Origin: Nitrospinota bacterium
GTDB lineage: Bacteria; Nitrospinota; Nitrospinia; Nitrospinales; VA-1
Assembly: GCA_038108555.1 (NCBI GenBank)
Contig: JAYNIA010000062.1
Coordinates: forward strand, 1-12,932
Reading direction: 5' to 3'
Length of the DNA: 12,932 bases
The translations under genes were made by a program, and so were the position numbers. Below are positions 7,861 to 12,932 of this stretch, piece after piece. Position 1 is the stretch's first letter; each line of letters starts with the position of its first letter. Under the pieces are notes generated by a model. That model ran no database searches and had not been told where the DNA came from. It was given only the letters and a program-made list of their open reading frames with translations.

Positions 7861-9226
7861 TGAATCCAAAAAAATTCTGATTGTTGATGACGAATCAGAA
7901 ATGCGGGTGGCCCTCGAGACCACTCTGAAGAGGGAAAAGTTTCAACTCACCTGTGCCGAAGATGGAAAGCAGGCTCTCGAAATAATGGAGGACAATGATT
8001 TTGATCTTGTTCTCACCGACGTTCGAATGCCTAAATTAAATGGCCTGGAACTATTGCGTTCCGTCAAGGAAAAATCTCCCGAAACCCAGGTGGTAATGAT
8101 GACCGCCTACGGAACAATTGATAACGCGGTTGAAGCAATGAAAGAAGGAGCCTTTGATTATTTAATTAAAGGTTCAGGGTTTTCTGCGGACGTTCTGGTA
8201 TCTACTGTCAAGCGTGCCTTCCTGGAACCCGGAAGTTTTAGTCCTCCAGCACCCCGCCCTACCCCACAAACAGAGTCGCTGGGAAACATGAAAAGAATTG
8301 TTACCCAGAATGATGAAATGAAAAAACTTTTGCAGTTTGCAGAAAACGTTTCTTTTAGTAAATCTACCGTCCTCATTATTGGGGAAACGGGAACCGGGAA
8401 AGAAATGTTTGCCCGATACATTCACCAATGCAGTCCCCGCTCTGAAAAACCATTTATGGCGGTAAACTGTGCGGCTTTACCCGAAGGTTTGCTTGAGTCC
8501 GAATTGTTTGGCCATGAGAAAGGATCCTTCACAGGAGCGACCGAGAACAAAGAAGGAAAATTCGAACTGGCAAATAACAGCTCGCTGTTGCTGGATGAAG
8601 TCACAGAAATGTCGATGCCCTTGCAGGCCAAGCTACTGCGCGTTTTGCAGGAACACGAAGTCGATAAAATCGGGGGTAAAATGCCTATCCCCGTCGATGT
8701 GCGGGTGATCGCCACCAGTAACCGTGACATACGAAAACGGATTCAGGATCAGCAATTTCGCGAAGACCTTTATTACCGGCTCAACGTCGTTCCTCTTCAC
8801 TTGATACCGTTGAGAGAAAGAATCAATGACATCCCCATTCTGGTTGAAAATTTTATCCATCAGTTTTGTCAGGAAAACGGGAAACCGGATTTAAAAATAG
8901 ACTCCGCCACCCTAACCCTGCTGAAAAAATATCGCTGGCCCGGGAATATTCGTGAGTTGGGGAATATTGTCGAACGATCCTGCCTGATGTGCCAGAACGA
9001 TACGATTCTACCCTCGCACCTGTTTTTCGATGAAGAAATAAAATCCAAAGAAAAAGGAACGCCAAAGTTGTCGGGGACCATCTACGAAATGGAAAAAGAA
9101 CTCATCATGCAAACACTCGAAGAGGTCAATGGCAATAAGACCAAGGCGGCTGACTCTTTAGGGATAAGCATTCGCACCCTTCGCAACAAGCTTAATGAGT
9201 ATGGCGAGACCAACCCCTCCGCATAA
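7850..9226 (+). CDS. Sigma-54-dependent response regulator (FleR/FlrC/FlbD-like, NtrC family)
   Basis: REC (ILIVDDE, LTDVRMP, TAYG), Walker A GETGTGKE, GSFTGA, LLDEV, FREDLYYRL, WPGNIREL, HTH LGISIRTLRNKL. ATG at 7850 preferred to 7838 (GAGGA SD 5 nt upstream; overlaps the end of the kinase gene). Confidence 0.93.
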   Translation: MKNNESKKILIVDDESEMRVALETTLKREKFQLTCAEDGKQALEIMEDNDFDLVLTDVRMPKLNGLELLRSVKEKSPETQVVMMTAYGTIDNAVEAMKEGAFDYLIKGSGFSADVLVSTVKRAFLEPGSFSPPAPRPTPQTESLGNMKRIVTQNDEMKKLLQFAENVSFSKSTVLIIGETGTGKEMFARYIHQCSPRSEKPFMAVNCAALPEGLLESELFGHEKGSFTGATENKEGKFELANNSSLLLDEVTEMSMPLQAKLLRVLQEHEVDKIGGKMPIPVDVRVIATSNRDIRKRIQDQQFREDLYYRLNVVPLHLIPLRERINDIPILVENFIHQFCQENGKPDLKIDSATLTLLKKYRWPGNIRELGNIVERSCLMCQNDTILPSHLFFDEEIKSKEKGTPKLSGTIYEMEKELIMQTLEEVNGNKTKAADSLGISIRTLRNKLNEYGETNPSA

Positions 9227-9296
9227 TCACCCTCAATTAAGAAATATGTAGTTGCACAGCTCATATAAGAAAAAACAAGGGTTTAGCAGCGAAGGG

Positions 9297-9352
9297 CATT
9301 ACAAACGATTTACAAAGCCTTTGCATTCATTAAACAAAGAGTTAACAAAACC
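9297..9352 (+). repeat. Phased direct repeats (ACAAA cores in 11-bp register)
   Basis: ACAAA at 9301, 9312, 9334 and 9345 (spacings 11/22/11). Two units: CATTACAAACGATTTACAAAGCC and CATTAAACAAAGAGTTAACAAAACC. Confidence 0.55.
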
Positions 9353-9760
9353 CCCCATGCTATTTGTGAAAAGCTTTTGTCATTTGAGGTGGTGGATCAG
9401 AACTGTGAAAAACTACCCATTTAAGAATATTTGAAGCATGTTTTAATTAGGAAATATCGATCTTTTAAAAGGTGTTGATCTTTTGTTGTTCTCCGGAAAC
9501 ACGCTCACAGTCTAATTCATTAAGGGATGAATAAAAATTTGACGCAAAAATATAGGTAAATGCGACTTGGCGACATCATGATGACATCGCGCTAAATCAT
9601 GTCACTACTCTTATTTTTCAAAGACTTAATGGATGTTAAATTGAATATTTGCTTTTGTGGGAGGAGCACTTGAAGCAGGGAAAGCAGAACTTATACTTTC
9701 CAAATGCTAAATACATACTTCTGCTTCATTAGAGAGGTAAGTAACCCTCAGGATTTCAGG

Positions 9761-10111
9761 CTATTTAACCTTCTTAGCTTTCAAAGCATCATTTTCTTTT
9801 CTTAGCTGCCTGTTTTCTTCAAGTATTTCAAGGCACTTTTCTTTCCATTCACTCAATTCAGAAATTCCTTTAGGGCTTTTAGTGGCCTCGAAAAACATTG
9901 GGCCTTCCCCTGTAACCAGCCAGTGGATTGAAATTAATCCACGTTTTGAGAACATTAAATCATAGTCAAAACTGTTGCGAGTTTTCCATCCAGATAGCGT
10001 TGTTTGCCTTATATCAAGGTATTCACAGAGAGATTTGTCCGTTTTCAAACCCAAACCTTCTTTGAAGCGGTTAATAATTAATTCAGAATTTGTGGATTTT
10101 TTGCTTGACAT
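9761..10111 (-). CDS. Phage CI-type HTH repressor (Phage_CI_repr-like) with C-terminal coiled coil, no S24 peptidase domain
   Basis: 116 aa from the ATG at 10111 (the ORF-track start at 10198 is an unlikely TTG extension). IINRFKEGLGLKTDKSLCEYLDIRQTTLSGWKTRN HTH and SIHWLVTGEGPM signature. Coiled coil LEENRQLRKENDALK. Confidence 0.85.
   Translation of the reverse strand: MSSKKSTNSELIINRFKEGLGLKTDKSLCEYLDIRQTTLSGWKTRNSFDYDLMFSKRGLISIHWLVTGEGPMFFEATKSPKGISELSEWKEKCLEILEENRQLRKENDALKAKKVK
9937..9953 (-). promoter_or_regulatory. Operator-like 17-mer O3 (inside the repressor gene, inverted)
   Basis: ATCCACGTTTTGAGAAC matches the reverse complement of O1 (ATCCACAATTTGAGAAT) at 14/17. Confidence 0.5.
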
Positions 10112-10128
10112 ATTCTCAAATTGTGGAT
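10081..10128 (+). promoter_or_regulatory. Two 17-bp imperfectly palindromic operator-like sites (O2 10081-10097, O1 10112-10128)
   Basis: ATTCAGAATTTGTGGAT and ATTCTCAAATTGTGGAT, 14/17 identical, 31 bp apart, flanking the -35 of the early promoter. Confidence 0.7.
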
Positions 10129-10133
10129 AAATT
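10105..10133 (+). promoter_or_regulatory. Early (Pe-like) sigma-70 promoter for the CII-like/transposase/MuB operon
   Basis: TTGACA (10105-10110), 17-bp spacer, TAAATT (10128-10133). The -35 overlaps the repressor start codon on the opposite strand. Confidence 0.7.
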
Positions 10134-10231
10134 TCATTAAACAGCGTGAATGACAAGGATTTCCCGAAACACGAGGGAAGACTGATGGTCAAATTCAAAG
10201 CTAATTTTAATTATTTATGACCTTTTAAGCA

Positions 10232-10690
10232 ATGTCTAAACAAAAACTAAATAGTCCTGAACAAATAACTATTGATGACTTAGTTGCTTCAACTGGTCAG
10301 AATATTTTACCTGAAATACCAGATGGAGATTCATGCAATGTGACTGTACAACTGAAAGGCATTCTCATTGAGAGCATTCGAGCGTCAGAAAAAAGCCGTG
10401 AAGAAATTGCCAAAATCATGACGGCCAGACTTTCTAAAGGTCAAACCATTTCAAAAGCGCAAATCGACAGTTGGACACGATCGGATGGTGAACGCCATAT
10501 CCCTCTTGAATACATCTATGCATTTGAGGTGGCCTGCAACACCTCAGCAATCACCGAGTACCTCTGCAAACTTCATGGAGGTATGTTTATCGACCAACGA
10601 TCCAGTGAAGTATTGAAACTAGGTCAACTGCAAATTCTTAAAACCCAACTTTTGATAAAAGAACAAGAATTGCAAAAGGGATTGATTTGA
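10232..10690 (+). CDS. Putative phage regulatory DNA-binding protein (CII-like), as found upstream of transposases in Mu-like prophages
   Basis: 152 aa. SREEIAKIMT...ISKAQIDSWT...HIPL...AFEVAC pattern with an HTH-like core and C-terminal coiled coil. Stop overlaps the transposase start (TGATG). Confidence 0.6.
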   Translation: MSKQKLNSPEQITIDDLVASTGQNILPEIPDGDSCNVTVQLKGILIESIRASEKSREEIAKIMTARLSKGQTISKAQIDSWTRSDGERHIPLEYIYAFEVACNTSAITEYLCKLHGGMFIDQRSSEVLKLGQLQILKTQLLIKEQELQKGLI

Positions 10691-12594
10691 TGACTGTGTA
10701 TGTGTCCCAACACCAGGCTGCAAAATTGGAAGGCGTTTCCATTCGCCACATTCAGCGTCGTATTTCACAGGGGAAATATCAAACCCGAACCGTCCCATCA
10801 ACCAAACAAATCGGAAAATACAAAACAGAGATTGCTGCCACATCGTTGCCTTTACCCATTCAAGCAAAATTAACAAAGGAGCGAATAAGCAGAACGCCCA
10901 CAAATCAGCCTCCTTTACATCCTATTGATCCATCCAAAATCTGTTTCTGGTATCAGTCACTCCCTAAAAAGCATAAAGAGTTTATAGATAAACGACAAGC
11001 AATCATTACAGATATAAAAGCTAAGCTCGAAGCTATTGAAGAAAAACACAAAACAAAGAGTTTAATAGAACTCGCTGCACACCATAGAATCAAATGGCGG
11101 TGTTATTATCGGTGGCAGAAAGCATACGATCAAGAAGGATTATATGGTCTCCGCAATAAACGCTATGACCAAGACCGCTCCAAACTGACCTTGGAGCAAA
11201 AACAATATATCGTTCAACTTATCAAACAAAACCCTGACCGACGCGATTCTCGCATTGTTGAATACCTTAATTTCAAGTTTCCTGAAATAAAAGTAAGCAG
11301 AAATACAGTCAGCCGATACACTGCGGCATGGAAGAAAAAGAATCACGAATTATATACATTTCTAAAGAGTCCTGATAACTGGAAAAACAATTATCTTGTT
11401 TCTTTCGGTTCCCATTCTGAAAAAGCCCAACGATTTCTACAGTATGTGGAGCTAGACAGTACCCCTGCAGACTTATTATGCGCCGATGGAAAGCGTTATA
11501 CCATTATCGGTGGTATCGATATTTACAGTCGCAAGGTGAAATGCAAAGTTTCTCCCACTTCCAACGGAATGAGTGTGGCTGCGTTAATACGTTCGGTTAT
11601 TATCGATTGGGGCATCCCGGAAAACATTATCCGAGATAACGGAAAAGACTACACCAGTAACCACATTAATAGCGTACTCGATTCTTTAGAAATAAAAGCC
11701 ATCACCCTTCCTCCTTTTACCCCGGAAGGGAAACCTCATATAGAAAGGTTTTTCCGTGCTCTATCGGGCAGTTTATTTGAAGAAATATCAGGCTACATTG
11801 GTCACAATGTATCTGACAGAAGAAAAATAGAATCGCGTAGATCTTTCGCGCAACGTTTTATGCGGAAAGGCAGTGAACCAATTCGCATTGGGCTACACCC
11901 AGAACAATTTCAGGAAGTAATGAATAAATGGATAGAAAACGTATACCATCAAAAACACCATACAGGTATAAAAACTACACCTGAGCTAAAAGCAACCCAA
12001 TCTCATAGCCTTATAAGGCATATCAAGGACGAACGGGCACTTGATATTTTGCTCCTTCCAGCAGATGAAGCTACGGTTTACAAAAAAGGAATTCGATACC
12101 AGACTGGAAACTATCAATCTCCCGATTTAGCTGGCTTCATTAAGGAACGAGTCTCTGTTCGGCGCGACCTGGATAACGCAGGGAGACTGTACGTATTTGA
12201 CCTTGAAGGAAATTATATTACAACGGCCTGGGACTCTAAATTGGAAGGAATACCCGATATCAATTATCAACAAATCCGCAAAGAACAAAAAAAACAAATT
12301 GCAAGCCAAAAAGCAGCTATAAAAACTTTGGCTGAAGAACCAATGATTCAACTTGTAAATCAGAATAAAGAATTAAACAAATTTGAAGATTTCCCAAAAA
12401 GACAAACAGCAAGAACTCGAAGAATTGAAAAAGCGGCCAACGCTGCATTAAGGAATGAAGGAATTAAACCGGAGCGCTTTAAAACCATTGATGAACATAT
12501 GAATGATAGCGGTTGGGAAAACGAGAATGAACTGGATAAAGAAAATGATAGCTTGGATTTTCTTGAAGGATGCGAAATAGACATAACTGAATAA
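10690..12594 (+). CDS. MuA-like DDE transposase
   Basis: N-terminal HTH (SQHQAAKLEGVSIRHIQRRI), second HTH region (RCYYRWQKAYDQEGLYGL). Catalytic D (VELDSTP), D (IRDNGKDY), E (KPHIERFF) with DD(35)E spacing. Mu-transposase C-terminal barrel (TVYKKGIRY...VSVRRDLDNAGRLYVFD) and acidic tail. ATG at 10690 (TTG at 10687 in the ORF track). Confidence 0.9.
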   Translation: MTVYVSQHQAAKLEGVSIRHIQRRISQGKYQTRTVPSTKQIGKYKTEIAATSLPLPIQAKLTKERISRTPTNQPPLHPIDPSKICFWYQSLPKKHKEFIDKRQAIITDIKAKLEAIEEKHKTKSLIELAAHHRIKWRCYYRWQKAYDQEGLYGLRNKRYDQDRSKLTLEQKQYIVQLIKQNPDRRDSRIVEYLNFKFPEIKVSRNTVSRYTAAWKKKNHELYTFLKSPDNWKNNYLVSFGSHSEKAQRFLQYVELDSTPADLLCADGKRYTIIGGIDIYSRKVKCKVSPTSNGMSVAALIRSVIIDWGIPENIIRDNGKDYTSNHINSVLDSLEIKAITLPPFTPEGKPHIERFFRALSGSLFEEISGYIGHNVSDRRKIESRRSFAQRFMRKGSEPIRIGLHPEQFQEVMNKWIENVYHQKHHTGIKTTPELKATQSHSLIRHIKDERALDILLLPADEATVYKKGIRYQTGNYQSPDLAGFIKERVSVRRDLDNAGRLYVFDLEGNYITTAWDSKLEGIPDINYQQIRKEQKKQIASQKAAIKTLAEEPMIQLVNQNKELNKFEDFPKRQTARTRRIEKAANAALRNEGIKPERFKTIDEHMNDSGWENENELDKENDSLDFLEGCEIDITE

Positions 12595-12635
12595 AAATTA
12601 TTATTTTTTAAGGAAAAAATTAAACAGTAACGATA

Positions 12636-12932
12636 ATGAATAAAAGAGTGTTAGATTTTATTGAAAGAACCCAAGGAAAAGCCAATGAATGGTTGAGTAT
12701 GCCCGGCAACAGCCAAAACAAACTCACATTGTGCGCAGGTTTGCCATCGAAAACTCTTTCACCTTTTTTACGCGGGATATATCCAGGTAACAAGCTAATT
12801 ATTGCCCATCAGTTGGATAAATTTCTGGAAATGGAGTCGCAGCGAAAGGGGGTGGAACGTAAGCGGGTATTTGTAAGAACCCGGCAATCAAATGCAGTTT
12901 TAAATGCTTGCATCCAAGCCCGAGCCTTCAAC
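12636..12932 (+). CDS. MuB-like transposition ATPase, 5' fragment (runs off window; absent from ORF track)
   Basis: Open frame of 99 codons from ATG 12636: MNKRVLDFIERTQGKANEWLSMPGNSQNKLTLCAGLPSKTLSPFLRGIYPGNKLIIAHQLDKFLEMESQRKGVERKRVFVRTRQSNAVLNACIQARAFN. XRE-like HTH ending FLRGIYPGN followed by FVRT, as in the MuB N-terminus before the AAA domain. Directly follows the MuA-like gene. Walker A is not within the window. Confidence 0.8.
   Translation, partial: MNKRVLDFIERTQGKANEWLSMPGNSQNKLTLCAGLPSKTLSPFLRGIYPGNKLIIAHQLDKFLEMESQRKGVERKRVFVRTRQSNAVLNACIQARAFN

Larger units (their letters stand above)
9247..12932 (+). mobile_element. Left end/early region of a Mu-like transposable prophage or Mu-like transposon (continues beyond window)
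   Basis: Leftward repressor, then divergent CII-like gene, MuA-like DDE transposase and MuB-like gene, as in the early region of transposable phages. Left boundary tentative (TGTA at 9247) and could lie anywhere in 9227-9760. Confidence 0.8.

Noticed and set aside
9252..9434. 60-aa ORF in the gap after the response regulator
   Set aside because: TTG start with no SD and no motif; overlaps the candidate element end and repeats.
9227..9760. CRISPR array, tRNA or att-tRNA integration site
   Set aside because: No 23-47 bp repeats with regular spacers and no cloverleaf/TPsiC motif; the element encodes a DDE transposase, not a tyrosine or serine integrase.
10112..10198. 29-aa N-terminal extension of the repressor in the ORF track
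   Set aside because: TTG start running through the operator/early promoter; the HTH family alignment begins just after the ATG at 10111.
10361..10375. ATTCTCATTGAGAGC as a fourth operator
   Set aside because: Half-sites resemble O1 but are 2 bp too close together (15 versus 17 bp).
354..12584. Remaining 60-120 aa ORFs in the track that overlap the main genes
   Set aside because: All lie antisense or out of frame within well-supported CDSs and show no motifs.
10690..12932. Tn7/CAST (TnsB-TnsC) or IS21/IS481 assignment
   Set aside because: No TnsA, TniQ or Cas gene in the window. The phage-type repressor, CII-like gene and HTH-bearing MuB N-terminus fit Mu-like elements better. Downstream genes are not visible.

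Overview
Bacterial window with two blocks. (1) 1-9226 is a chromosomal signalling locus that looks like the top of a sigma-54 flagellar hierarchy. It holds a GNAT acetyltransferase, a FleQ/FlrA-like sigma-54 activator lacking any N-terminal regulatory domain (behind a perfect TTGACA-16-TATAAT promoter), and a GAF-GGDEF diguanylate cyclase + HDOD operon. Divergent from that operon is a sigma-54 (-24/-12) promoter with an upstream FleQ-type palindrome, driving an exported AMIN-TPR protein, a PAS histidine kinase and an FleR/FlbD-like response regulator. (2) About 9247 to the window end is the left end/early region of a Mu-like transposable prophage or transposon: a CI-type HTH repressor with no peptidase domain, a divergent early promoter with three 17-bp operator-like sites (one containing a perfect DnaA box), a CII-like protein, a DD(35)E MuA-like transposase and the 5' part of a MuB-like gene missed by the ORF track. 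No tRNA, rRNA or CRISPR array is visible. All family assignments come from motif recognition, not database searches. The exact left boundary of the element is uncertain.
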